In this document: piece after piece, positions 1 to 8,113 of the stretch | Layout: every line of letters starts with the position of its first letter | Position numbering within the stretch: position 1 is the stretch's first letter | From: Candidatus Geohabitans tengchongensis | GTDB lineage: Bacteria; Sysuimicrobiota; Sysuimicrobiia; Sysuimicrobiales; Humicultoraceae | DNA length: 18,645 nucleotides | Assembly (NCBI GenBank): GCA_031459625.1 | Contig: JAVKIH010000003.1 | Location: forward strand, 152,769 to 171,413 | Direction: 5' to 3' | Notes under the pieces: generated by a model | Database searches by the model: none | The model's input: only the letters and a program-made list of their open reading frames with translations | Told to the model about the DNA's origin: nothing | Position numbers and translations under genes: made by a program

Positions 1-85
1 CCTGGCCGGGCTCCCCCTGCCGCGCTGCTTCGGGTGCGTCCTGGCCCTGCTCTGCCACCCGCGGGCGCAGCCCGCTCCGGCGTGA
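1..85 (+). CDS. 3' end of an upstream gene, partial, product unknown (LAGLPLPRCFGCVLALLCHPRAQPAPA*)
   Basis: The frame starting at base 2 has G/C at nearly every third position and ends at TGA 83-85, which overlaps GTG 82-84 of the next gene (GTGA coupling). Confidence 0.5.
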   Translation, partial: LAGLPLPRCFGCVLALLCHPRAQPAPA

Positions 86-1377
86 GGGCCCCGCCCACCC
101 GCCGGTCTCCCTGGCCGCGCCGCAACATGCCGGAGCAGATCGCCGAGCGCCAGGCCGCCCTGCGCGCCCTGCCCCAGTGGGAGTCGCAGCACGAGTTCCT
201 CTTCGCCTTCCCCCACCCCCCCGAGGTGTACGCCAGCGCCATCGAGGCGCTCACCGCCGGGATGTTCCTGCCGGTGGCGGTGGTGGGACCGCTGCGCGTG
301 GAGCTGGGGCGCTACGCGGTCGACCCCGCGGACGGCCGGCTGGTGGAAGAGGGGCGCGAGGTCGACGAGGTCTTCGTCCCTATCGCCCACACCGAGGGGG
401 GGCTGTCCGCCTCGATGCTGCGCGGCATGACAGCGGTGCTGCAGGACGGGGGCGTGCGCACCTACGTGCTGCACGACCGGATGACGCGCGACTCCGCCTT
501 CGTCTTCCGCACCACCGGTGAGGCCGTCGCCTTCGCCCGGTGGGTCGCCGCCCACGCCGCGGCGATGCGGGACTGGCTGCACGACCCCCAGAACCCGCTC
601 TACCGGGAGCGGGTGGGCGGGGTCGCCCGCCTCAGCCGCCACGCCCGCCTGTGGGAGGTGGACACCCACGTGGTCGGCGCCACCTGCCACGTCCTCTACC
701 GGTACACCACCGGGGACGCCTGCGGGCCCAACATGATCACCCGCAACTCCCACGCCCTCAACCACGAGTTCATCATGCGCCGCTTCCCCGCCGAGACCGG
801 CATCACCCCGGTGCGGTTCTTCCTGGAGACCAACATGGGCGGGGACAAGAAGCCGAGCGCCCTGTACTACATCCAGGGCGGGCACGGCAAGACCGTCCTG
901 GCCGAGGCCACCGTGAGCGGGGAGACGCTGCGCCGCGTGCTCCGCACCACCGCCGAGGACCTCGTGGCGCTGGAGCACGCCGGCGTGCACGGCAGCCACG
1001 CCAGCGACATGCAGTCGGTGGCCTTCACGCCGGCCTCGGCCATCGCCGCCCTCTTCGCCACCACCGGGCAGGACCTGGGAATGGTGGGGACGAGCAGCAT
1101 GGCACACGAGGTCCTCGAACCGGCCGGCGACGGGGTCCACCTGGCCATCCGCCTGGCCGGGCTCGAGGTGGGGACGGTCGGCGGCGGTACCGTGCTGCCC
1201 CACGCCCGTGCCTACCTGTCGCTCCTGGGGTGCACGGGACCCGGCAGCGTCTACCGGCTGGCTCAGATCATCGCCGCGGCCACGCTCTGCCTGGAGCTCT
1301 CCGCCTCGGCGGCCATGGCCAGCGCCGGCAGCGAGAGTTTCGCCACCGCCCACCTGCGGCAGAGCGGGCGGGTGTGA
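82..1377 (+). CDS. Divergent class I HMG-CoA reductase-like protein
   Basis: Class I HMGR motifs in order: PIAHTEGGLSAS (PMATTEG..VAS), MTR, TGDACGPNM (GDAMGMNM), NMGGDKKPS (N.CTDKKP), GHGKTVLAE, TGQD, VGTVGGGT, ELS, C-terminal AH. Start placed at GTG 82 because of the GTGA overlap; ATG 127 is the alternative. Confidence 0.85.
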   Translation: MRAPPTRRSPWPRRNMPEQIAERQAALRALPQWESQHEFLFAFPHPPEVYASAIEALTAGMFLPVAVVGPLRVELGRYAVDPADGRLVEEGREVDEVFVPIAHTEGGLSASMLRGMTAVLQDGGVRTYVLHDRMTRDSAFVFRTTGEAVAFARWVAAHAAAMRDWLHDPQNPLYRERVGGVARLSRHARLWEVDTHVVGATCHVLYRYTTGDACGPNMITRNSHALNHEFIMRRFPAETGITPVRFFLETNMGGDKKPSALYYIQGGHGKTVLAEATVSGETLRRVLRTTAEDLVALEHAGVHGSHASDMQSVAFTPASAIAALFATTGQDLGMVGTSSMAHEVLEPAGDGVHLAIRLAGLEVGTVGGGTVLPHARAYLSLLGCTGPGSVYRLAQIIAAATLCLELSASAAMASAGSESFATAHLRQSGRV

Positions 1378-2267
1378 GGGCGTTCGCCATCGTCAACCCC
1401 GCCGCCGGCGGGGGGCGGGCGCGACGGGTGTGGCCGGCGGCGCGCCGCACGCTGGTGGCGGCCGGCTGGCAGGTGGACGAGGCCACGGCCGAGCACCGCG
1501 GCCACGAGGCCGACCTGGCCGCCGCCGCGCGTGACCGCTACGAGGTCGTGATCGCCGTCGGCGGCGACGGGACCGCCCACTGGGCGGTGAACGGCCTGCT
1601 GCGTCCACCGGCCCCGGGCGCCGGCGCTCCGACCCCGGCCCTCGCCGTCATCCCCGCCGGCACGGGGGCGGACTTCGCCGCGGCCATGGGCCTGCCGCGC
1701 CACCCGCTGGACGCGGCTGCCCGGCTGGCGGGCGGACGCGTCGGACGCGTCGACGTGGGCCGACTCAACGACCGCTACTTCCTGACCATCGGCACCGTGG
1801 GGTTCGGGGGCGAGGTGGCCCGGCAGGTGAACGCTTGGCCGCGCGGGGTGCCCGGCCCGCTGCTCTACGTGGCCGCCATCCTGAAGATGCTGGCGGTCTA
1901 CCGCCCCGTCGAGATGACGGTGACCCTCGACGGCACCGCCCGCCGCCGCCGCCTCTTCATGGTGGCCGTGGGGAACACCTCCCGCGCCGCCGGGGGCATG
2001 CGGCTGTGTCCCACCGCGCGGCCCGACGACGACCGCTTCGAGGTGGTGGTCTTCGGCGACCTCACCCGGCCGCAGGTGCTCGGCCTGCTGCCGCGCGCCT
2101 TCTCCGGCCGGCACGTGCTCCACCCGCTGGTGGAGGTCCGGGCGGCGCGCACGGTGACGGTGGAGAGCCCTACCCCCCTCTCGCTGCAGGCCGACGGCGA
2201 ACTCGTCGGACAGGTGCCGGCCACTTTTGCGCTGGTCCCCCGCGCCCTCGCCGTCCTGGTCCCCTGA
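1374..2267 (+). CDS. Diacylglycerol kinase family (DagK/YegS/BmrU-like) lipid kinase
   Basis: C-terminal 297 aa of ORF 540..2267: IVNPAAG, VGGDGT, IPAGTGADFA, DVG, GNT..AGG, LQADGE. GTG 1374 overlaps the HMGR-like stop (GTGA). Confidence 0.9.
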   Translation: MRAFAIVNPAAGGGRARRVWPAARRTLVAAGWQVDEATAEHRGHEADLAAAARDRYEVVIAVGGDGTAHWAVNGLLRPPAPGAGAPTPALAVIPAGTGADFAAAMGLPRHPLDAAARLAGGRVGRVDVGRLNDRYFLTIGTVGFGGEVARQVNAWPRGVPGPLLYVAAILKMLAVYRPVEMTVTLDGTARRRRLFMVAVGNTSRAAGGMRLCPTARPDDDRFEVVVFGDLTRPQVLGLLPRAFSGRHVLHPLVEVRAARTVTVESPTPLSLQADGELVGQVPATFALVPRALAVLVP

Positions 2268-2279
2268 AGCCCCGGCCGG

Positions 2280-2999
2280 TCAGTCGCGTCCCCCTGGCGC
2301 GGTGGGCGTCCCGGACGAGGTCGCGGCGGGCGCTGAGACGTCGGGCCGCGGGGGGGTGGCTGCCGCCTGCGCTGCGAGGGGCCGGACGGGCCGCTGCTCC
2401 TCCGGGAGGAGGGCGGCCACCGCGGCCTCGAAGCGCGCGGTCCACTCGCGCACCAGGGCGTGGCTCAGCCGTCCCTCCACGCGCGGCACCGCCAGGGGCG
2501 GACCCAGCCGGATCGACACCGGGGCCCGGCGGGGCCAGCGCGCCCCTTTGGGCATGATGCGGTGGCTGCCGCCGATGCCCAGCGGCAGGACCGGGACCCC
2601 CGCGCGCAGCGCCAGGTAGGCGGCGCCCTGCTGGAAGGGCTGGAGCCGGCCGTCCAGGCTCCGCGTCCCCTCGGCGAAGACGCCGATGGCCCAGCCCTGG
2701 GCCAGGCGGTCCAGCGCGGTGCGCAGCGCGGTGCGGTCGGCCTGGTCGCGCCGGACGAAGAAGCTGCCGAGCGAGCGGATCCACAGCCGCACGCCCCGCA
2801 GCCGCGCCAGCTCCTCCTTGGCCATGAAGGCCACCCTGGCCCGCAGCGCCAGGGCCACGAGCGGGATGTCGGCCGCGCTGGCGTGGTTGGCGATGACGAT
2901 GAACGGCGGTGGCGGCTCGTGGTGGCGCCCCTCCACCCGGTAGCGCACCTGCACCCGAAACCACAGCCGGAAGAGGAAACGGTTGAACCTAAACCACAC
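2280..2999 (-). CDS. plsC: 1-acyl-sn-glycerol-3-phosphate acyltransferase (lysophospholipid acyltransferase family)
   Basis: NHASAAD (HxxxxD), FMAKEEL, FVRR, FAEGTRS, VPVLP motifs; overlaps the 3' end of cmk as in the common cmk-plsC pair. Confidence 0.88.
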   Translation of the reverse strand: MWFRFNRFLFRLWFRVQVRYRVEGRHHEPPPPFIVIANHASAADIPLVALALRARVAFMAKEELARLRGVRLWIRSLGSFFVRRDQADRTALRTALDRLAQGWAIGVFAEGTRSLDGRLQPFQQGAAYLALRAGVPVLPLGIGGSHRIMPKGARWPRRAPVSIRLGPPLAVPRVEGRLSHALVREWTARFEAAVAALLPEEQRPVRPLAAQAAATPPRPDVSAPAATSSGTPTAPGGRD

Positions 3000-3696
3000 T
3001 CAACCGCTCCTGACAGAGGCGCAGCACCGCCTCCACGACCTCCCCGAGCTCCCGCTCGGTGGTGTCCATGACCACGGCGTCCGGGGCCGCCCGCAGTGGG
3101 GAGTGCGGGCGGCGCCGGTCCCGTTCGTCGCGCGCCTCCTCGGCGGCGCGGAGGTCCTCGTAGGCCACCTCGATGCCCTTGGCGCGCAGCTCCCGGTAGC
3201 GGCGGCGGGCGCGCTCCTCGGGCGAGGCGGTGAGGAAGATTTTCACCTCGGCGTCGGGGAAGACCACCGTCCCGATGTCCCGTCCCTCCACCACCACCCG
3301 CCCGTCGCCGGCCAGCCGTCGCTGCAGGGCCACCAGCGCCTGGCGCACCTCCGGGTGTGCACTCACGAGGGAGGCCGCCTCGCTCACCGCCGGGCTCTGC
3401 AGGGCCTCCGTGACATCTTCGCCCGCCAGCAGCACGCGCTGCCCGTGGGAGCCCTCGCGGAAGTCGATGGCCAGGGTGCGGGCGATGGCCGCCAGCGCAG
3501 GGGCGTCATCGGGGGCGATGCGGCGGCGCAGCGCCTCGTAGGCCACCGCCCGGTACATCGCGCCGGTGTTCACGTACCGGAACCCCAGCCGGGCCGCCAC
3601 GGCGCGGGCCACCGAGGTCTTGCCCACGCCGGCCGGACCGTCGATGGCCACGATCGGTCCTGTCCGCCGCTCTCCGGTGTCCCGATCTTCGGCCAT
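2989..3696 (-). CDS. cmk: Cytidylate kinase
   Basis: IAIDG-type P-loop VAIDGPAGVGKT, TGAMYRA, VVEGRDIGTVVFPDA, KIFLTAS, RDERD. Start moved to ATG 3696; the longer ORF overlaps csaA on the other strand. Confidence 0.95.
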   Translation of the reverse strand: MAEDRDTGERRTGPIVAIDGPAGVGKTSVARAVAARLGFRYVNTGAMYRAVAYEALRRRIAPDDAPALAAIARTLAIDFREGSHGQRVLLAGEDVTEALQSPAVSEAASLVSAHPEVRQALVALQRRLAGDGRVVVEGRDIGTVVFPDAEVKIFLTASPEERARRRYRELRAKGIEVAYEDLRAAEEARDERDRRRPHSPLRAAPDAVVMDTTERELGEVVEAVLRLCQERLSVV

Positions 3697-3837
3697 GCTG
3701 CAGGGGCTATTCCGTGGCGCGGCGGGGAACTCCTGTGCTCCCGCTGCCGCGGGCGCCGCGGGGCGGACCGGTGGCCGGCCCCGCCCTCTGCCCCGCGCCG
3801 GGAGGCGTGACGGCACGGGGCGTGGAACCGGTCCTCC

Positions 3838-4191
3838 ATGCCCGCGGACGAGCCCCTGCCTACCATCACGCTGGCGGAGTTCCAGCGGGTGGAGATGCGC
3901 GTCGGCCGTATCGTCGCTGTGGAGCCCTTCCCCGAGGCGCGCCAGCCGTCCTACCGGCTGCTCATCGACTTCGGCCCCCACGGAACCCGCCGGTCCTCCG
4001 CCGCCCTGCGGCCCTTCTACCCGCCCGAAGCGCTGCAGGGACGGCTCGTGGTGGCGGTGACGAACTTCCCGCCCCGCCGCATCGCCGGCTTCGCTTCAGA
4101 GGTGCTCGTCCTCGGCGCCGTGGAGTCCACCGGGCGGGTGGTCCTGCTCCAGCCCGACGGCGAGGTGGAGCTCGGCGCGCGCATCGCCTGA
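3838..4191 (+). CDS. csaA: tRNA-binding domain protein / export chaperone CsaA
   Basis: F..VEMRVGRIV.VEPFPEARQPSYRLLIDFG, SSA, VTNFPPRRIAGFASEVLVLG signature; 117 aa. Confidence 0.9.
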   Translation: MPADEPLPTITLAEFQRVEMRVGRIVAVEPFPEARQPSYRLLIDFGPHGTRRSSAALRPFYPPEALQGRLVVAVTNFPPRRIAGFASEVLVLGAVESTGRVVLLQPDGEVELGARIA

Positions 4192-4241
4192 TCCCGCGGC
4201 GGCGGCCGGGGACGCCGCGCGCGGTCAGGCCTCCGGCCCGG

Positions 4242-4865
4242 TCAGGGTTCCGGGCGCCCCGGGGATCCGGCGGCACCAGCCGCGCGCGCGCCGGGCGACA
4301 CCCTCCGGTAGATCCCCCGTTCCCGCCGCATCAGGCCGTGGTCCACCAGCGCACGGCGCAACTCACAGTGGTCGTGGTAGAGGGCCTTGAGCACCTGGTC
4401 CACCTCCCGCTCGGAGTAGGCCCGGTCGGGCGCGAAGCGCCGGGCCACCTCCTCCAGCACCATGAGGCGCTTGCGCCGGGCCGCCGGCAGCCGGCGCAGC
4501 CGGCCGTCCGGGAAGAAGGCACGCAGGACCTGGTCCCGCTCCTCGGCCGCCGGGGCCGCCTGCCGCGGCAGCAGAGCCCGGGAGAGGTGGGCGAGCCGCT
4601 CCGACTCCAGGCGGTAGTAGACGTGCTGGTCACGGCGCCCGGCCGTCACGAGACCGGCGGCCCGGAGGCGGAAGAGGTGGTGCGAAACGGTGGGCGCGCT
4701 CACGCCGAGCGCCTGAGCCAGCTCCTGGACGTAGCGCGGCCGCTCCGCCAGCAAGCCGACGATGCGCAGGCGCGTGCGGTCAGAGAGGACCTTGAAGAAC
4801 TCAACCAAGTCCTCGAAGGGAACCTCCCCCGGCTGCCGCTCCGGGGGACCACCGGTCGACACCAT
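4242..4865 (-). CDS. ArsR/SmtB-family regulator fused to a C-terminal DUF2087 domain
   Basis: FKVLSDRTRLRIVGLL...LAQALGVSAPTVSHHLFRLRAAGLV (ArsR wHTH), then FF.DGRL..LP..RRKRL.VL...YSEREVD..L...HD...LRRALVD.GLM.R (DUF2087). SD GGAGG upstream. Confidence 0.88.
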   Translation of the reverse strand: MVSTGGPPERQPGEVPFEDLVEFFKVLSDRTRLRIVGLLAERPRYVQELAQALGVSAPTVSHHLFRLRAAGLVTAGRRDQHVYYRLESERLAHLSRALLPRQAAPAAEERDQVLRAFFPDGRLRRLPAARRKRLMVLEEVARRFAPDRAYSEREVDQVLKALYHDHCELRRALVDHGLMRRERGIYRRVSPGARAAGAAGSPGRPEP

Positions 4866-4907
4866 GAGCCGCCTCCTCCCCCGCCGGACCCCTCGGCCCG
4901 GCGGGAG

Positions 4908-4946
4908 TTAAACAATTTTACAGTTGTCTCATCGTCGATTGTCCAG
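4908..4946 (-). promoter_or_regulatory. Putative promoter and operator of the ArsR-DUF2087 gene
   Basis: AT-rich island. Minus strand reads TGGACA-N19-TAAAAT; imperfect inverted repeat TTAAACAA-N8-TTGTCTCA (4908-4931) overlaps the -10. Confidence 0.45.
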
Positions 4947-4967
4947 GGCCGCAGGCGGTACCGGCGG

Positions 4968-5375
4968 TCAGAGGCGCCCTGGACGCAGGAGGAGGATGAG
5001 GAGCCCGGCGAGGATGAGGACCACCGCGGCCAGGCGCTCGCCGCCCAGGCTCACCAGGTCCAGGTGGCGCAGCGCCAGGTAGAGTCCGCCCAGGACCAGG
5101 ATCAGGCCCAGCGTGCGCTGGCGCTGCACGCCGGGGGGCTCGCCAGCGTGTTCCTGGGGCAGGTCCGGTTCCGTCGCCACGTGGCCCAGCGGCTCCTCCG
5201 GGATGGTCACCGTCATCACCAGGTAGAGGAGCACGCCGAGCCCGTCCCACAGGCTCAGGGCGACGAAGGCCACGCGCACCGGGAGGGGGTCGACGCCCAG
5301 GAAGCGGGCCAGGCCCGCGGCCACACCGGCGATCCAGCGGTCCTCCCGCGCCCGGTAGAGGCGCCGCCCGGTCAC
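4968..5375 (-). CDS. PspC domain membrane protein
   Basis: RRLYRAREDRWIAGVAAGLARFLGVDPLPVRVAFV...LLYLVM...IPEEP (PspC), followed by two hydrophobic helices. GTG 5375 overlaps the citE-like stop (GTGA). Confidence 0.85.
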   Translation of the reverse strand: MTGRRLYRAREDRWIAGVAAGLARFLGVDPLPVRVAFVALSLWDGLGVLLYLVMTVTIPEEPLGHVATEPDLPQEHAGEPPGVQRQRTLGLILVLGGLYLALRHLDLVSLGGERLAAVVLILAGLLILLLRPGRL

Positions 5376-6277
5376 GAGCGAGAGCGGCGGCGCGTGGGAC
5401 GCTCCGGCGGCACTGCGGCGCCCCGCGCGCGTTCCAGCAGGCGTTGCGCCTGGGCGACGATGGGCGCGTCGACCATGCGCCCGTCCAGCACGATCGTCCC
5501 GCGCGGCGCCGTCGCATAGGCCTCCACCACGCGCATAGCCCAGGCCACCTCCTCGGGCGAGGGGGTGAAGACGGCGTTGGCCACCTCCACCTGCGTCGGG
5601 TGGATGCACTGCTTGCCGGTATAGCCGAGCAGCCGCCCCGCCTCAGCCTCGGCCCGGAAGCCGTCGGTGTCGCGCACCGCCGTGTAGACCATGTCGATCG
5701 CCTCCACACCGCCGGCGTGGGCGGCCACGGCCACATGCGCCCGCGGGTAGGCCACCTCGGCGTTGGTCGGGGTACGGCGGATGCCCATGGCCGCGGCCAG
5801 GTCGTCGGCGCCCAGCAGCAGCGCCGTCACCCGCGGAGTGGCCTGGGCGATGGCGACGGCGTCGAGGACGGCCCGCGGGGTCTCGATGAGGACGAGCAGG
5901 CGCACCGTCCCCGGGTCCAGGCCGGCCGCCGGTTCGTGGGCGGTCAACCACTCGTCGAGCGCCACCACCTCGGCGGCATCGGCCACTTTGGGGACCACCA
6001 CCCCCCACAGCGCCGGGTGGAGGACCGCACGCAGGTCCTCTTCCAGGAGGCCCGTTCCCCGGCTGTTGGGCCGCACGCAGACGGCCGTCGACGCGGGGAA
6101 ACCCTCGGCCAACGCCTGCGCCACCAGCGCCCGCGCCCGCGGCTTGTCCGCGGCGGCCACCGCGTCCTCCAGGTCCAGGATCACCGCGTCGGCGGACACC
6201 TGGCGCGCGCGGGCCAGCATGCGCGGCTGGTCGCCGGGGACGAAGAGCATGGAGCGGAGGGGACGGCTAGGGCCCAT
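5372..6277 (-). CDS. CitE/HpcH-HpaI family CoA-ester lyase (citryl/malyl-CoA lyase-like)
   Basis: RSMLFVPG, DAVILDLEDAV, VRPN, PKV, LIETP, G.DDL, GYTGKQCIHPTQV, DGRMVDAP. Confidence 0.9.
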   Translation of the reverse strand: MGPSRPLRSMLFVPGDQPRMLARARQVSADAVILDLEDAVAAADKPRARALVAQALAEGFPASTAVCVRPNSRGTGLLEEDLRAVLHPALWGVVVPKVADAAEVVALDEWLTAHEPAAGLDPGTVRLLVLIETPRAVLDAVAIAQATPRVTALLLGADDLAAAMGIRRTPTNAEVAYPRAHVAVAAHAGGVEAIDMVYTAVRDTDGFRAEAEAGRLLGYTGKQCIHPTQVEVANAVFTPSPEEVAWAMRVVEAYATAPRGTIVLDGRMVDAPIVAQAQRLLERARGAAVPPERPTRRRSRS

Positions 6278-7511
6278 CCCCGGCCGCCTGCGGGAAGGGC
6301 TCCCGGCCCCGCCGGATCCAGAGCCAGCCGGCCAGGCGCTCCCACCACGAGAGGGCGGCGACGTCCGCGGCGGCGACGATGGGGACCTGCAGGGCCCGTC
6401 CGCCGCCCCGGAGGACCACCACCGCCCCTACGCGCGCTCCGCGCCGGATGGGCAGGGTGAGGCCGGGGTCCAGGCGCACGACCACCGGCGGCGCCGGTGC
6501 GCCGCGCGGCAGGACGACGTAGAGGTCGTCCCGGGGCACGCCCGTCAGCACACGGCGCCCGCCGGCCAGGGGGCGGCGGACCACCACGCGGTCGTGCGCC
6601 ACGACCCGGACCAGGACGGAGGCGGCAAAGCCGTAGTCGAGCAGGCGGGCGGCATCGCCGAAGACCTCATTGCTGTTCAGGACGACGGCGATGAGCCGCC
6701 GCCCGCCGCGGGTGGCCGAGGCCACCAGCGAGGGACCCGACTGGGCGGTCCACCCGGTCTTCACCCCGTCCGCCCCCGCGTAGAGCCAGAGCAGCCGGTT
6801 CCGGTTGATGAGCTCCACCGGAGGCTGCCCGGGGCGCACCAGCCGCCAGGTGGGCTGTCGGACGATGGCGTCGATGACCGGGTGGCGCAGGGCCCCGCGG
6901 GCGATGAGGGCTAGGTCCCGCGCCGTGGTCAGGTGGCCGGGATCGTGGAGCCCGTGCGGGTTCACGAAGGTGCTCCGGCGCGCGCCCAGCGCGCGGGCCC
7001 GCCGGGTCATCTCGGCGGCGAAGGCCTCCACCGAGCCGCTCACCGCCTCGGCCAGCGCCACCGCGGCGTCGTTGGCCGAGTGGAGCAGCAGCGCGTGCAG
7101 CAGGGCCTCCACCGACCAGACCTCCCCCTGCCTCATCCCGATGGCCGACCCGTTCCGCTGCGCCTCGGCCCGCCCCGAGACGGTCACCGGGTCCTGCAGG
7201 CGCAGGCGTTCCGCCGCCAGCAGCGCGGTGAGGATCTTCGTGGTGCTGGCCGGCGGCCGGGGCAGGTCGGGGGCGCGCGCCCACAGCACCTCACCGGTGC
7301 GCACGTCCATGAGCAGCGCCGAGGTCGCGGCGACGCGGGGGGCTGGGACCGTGCGGACGGCGGCCGGGTGCAGGGAGGACCGGCCGGTGGCGGCGCCTCC
7401 CGGCGAGCCCGCCAGCGCAGGGGCGGCCACCATCGAGACCGCCGCCAGGACGGACGCACAGGTCCGCGGCCGGACGAGCCGGAGCGGGTGGGCTCCGCGG
7501 GACGCCATCAT
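6267..7511 (-). CDS. D-alanyl-D-alanine carboxypeptidase (peptidase S11, DacB/DacF-like)
   Basis: PASTTK (SxxK), SAN (SxN), NPHGL, GVKTGWT (KTG); signal-like N-terminus; amphipathic WWERLAGWLW C-terminus. Start at ATG 7511 or GTG 7514, overlapping the scpB stop. Confidence 0.9.
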   Translation of the reverse strand: MMASRGAHPLRLVRPRTCASVLAAVSMVAAPALAGSPGGAATGRSSLHPAAVRTVPAPRVAATSALLMDVRTGEVLWARAPDLPRPPASTTKILTALLAAERLRLQDPVTVSGRAEAQRNGSAIGMRQGEVWSVEALLHALLLHSANDAAVALAEAVSGSVEAFAAEMTRRARALGARRSTFVNPHGLHDPGHLTTARDLALIARGALRHPVIDAIVRQPTWRLVRPGQPPVELINRNRLLWLYAGADGVKTGWTAQSGPSLVASATRGGRRLIAVVLNSNEVFGDAARLLDYGFAASVLVRVVAHDRVVVRRPLAGGRRVLTGVPRDDLYVVLPRGAPAPPVVVRLDPGLTLPIRRGARVGAVVVLRGGGRALQVPIVAAADVAALSWWERLAGWLWIRRGREPFPQAAGDGP

Positions 7512-8113
7512 CACCCGGGCGGTGTCTGCCCGTCGCGGGCCGCCACCGGCACCAGGTCGGGGCGCGGCGGGAGGTCGGCCAGGCTGCGCAACCCGAAGTA
7601 GCGCAGGAAGGCGTCGGTGGTGCCGTACAGCAGCGGCCGGCCCACGGTCGGCTTGCGGCCGACCACCCGCACCAGCTGGCGCTCCTCCAGCCGCTCCAGC
7701 AGGTGCTCGCAGCGCACCCCGCGCACCGCTTCCACCTCGGCGCGCGTCACCGGCTGGCGGTAGGCGACGATGGCCAGGACCTCCAGCGCGGCCTGGGAGA
7801 GCGGCTCGCGCGCGGCGGCGCCCAGGAAGCGGCGCACCACGTCGGCATAGGCCGGGTGCGTCACCAGCTGGTAGCCGCCGGCCACCGCCTGCACCTGCAG
7901 GCCGCGCCGCTCGCACGCCGCCGCCAGATGGCGCACCGCCGCCTCGGCCAGGTGGGGCGCCACCTGGACCGCGTCGGCCAGACGGTCGAGCGGGACGGGC
8001 TCACCGCTGACGAAGAGCACCGCCTCGATGGCGCGGGCGGTGTCCTCGACCGCGGCGTCGGCCTCCCCGATCAGGTCGGCCAGGCTGGTGAGCGCGGTCC
8101 GCACGTCGATCAT
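7511..8113 (-). CDS. scpB: SMC-Scp complex subunit ScpB
   Basis: IEAVLFVSGEP, VAGGYQL, LSQAALEVLAIVAYRQPVTRAEVEAVRGV, GRPLLYGTT.FLRYFGL.SL.DLP. Confidence 0.96.
   Translation of the reverse strand: MIDVRTALTSLADLIGEADAAVEDTARAIEAVLFVSGEPVPLDRLADAVQVAPHLAEAAVRHLAAACERRGLQVQAVAGGYQLVTHPAYADVVRRFLGAAAREPLSQAALEVLAIVAYRQPVTRAEVEAVRGVRCEHLLERLEERQLVRVVGRKPTVGRPLLYGTTDAFLRYFGLRSLADLPPRPDLVPVAARDGQTPPG

Noticed and set aside
540..1373. N-terminal extension of the lipid kinase, or an HMGR-kinase fusion
   Set aside because: Out-of-frame shadow of the reductase; the kinase fold starts at the GTGA overlap.
3697..3837. Hairpins in the cmk/csaA divergent gap as a riboswitch
   Set aside because: No recognisable aptamer motif; consistent with GC-rich background.
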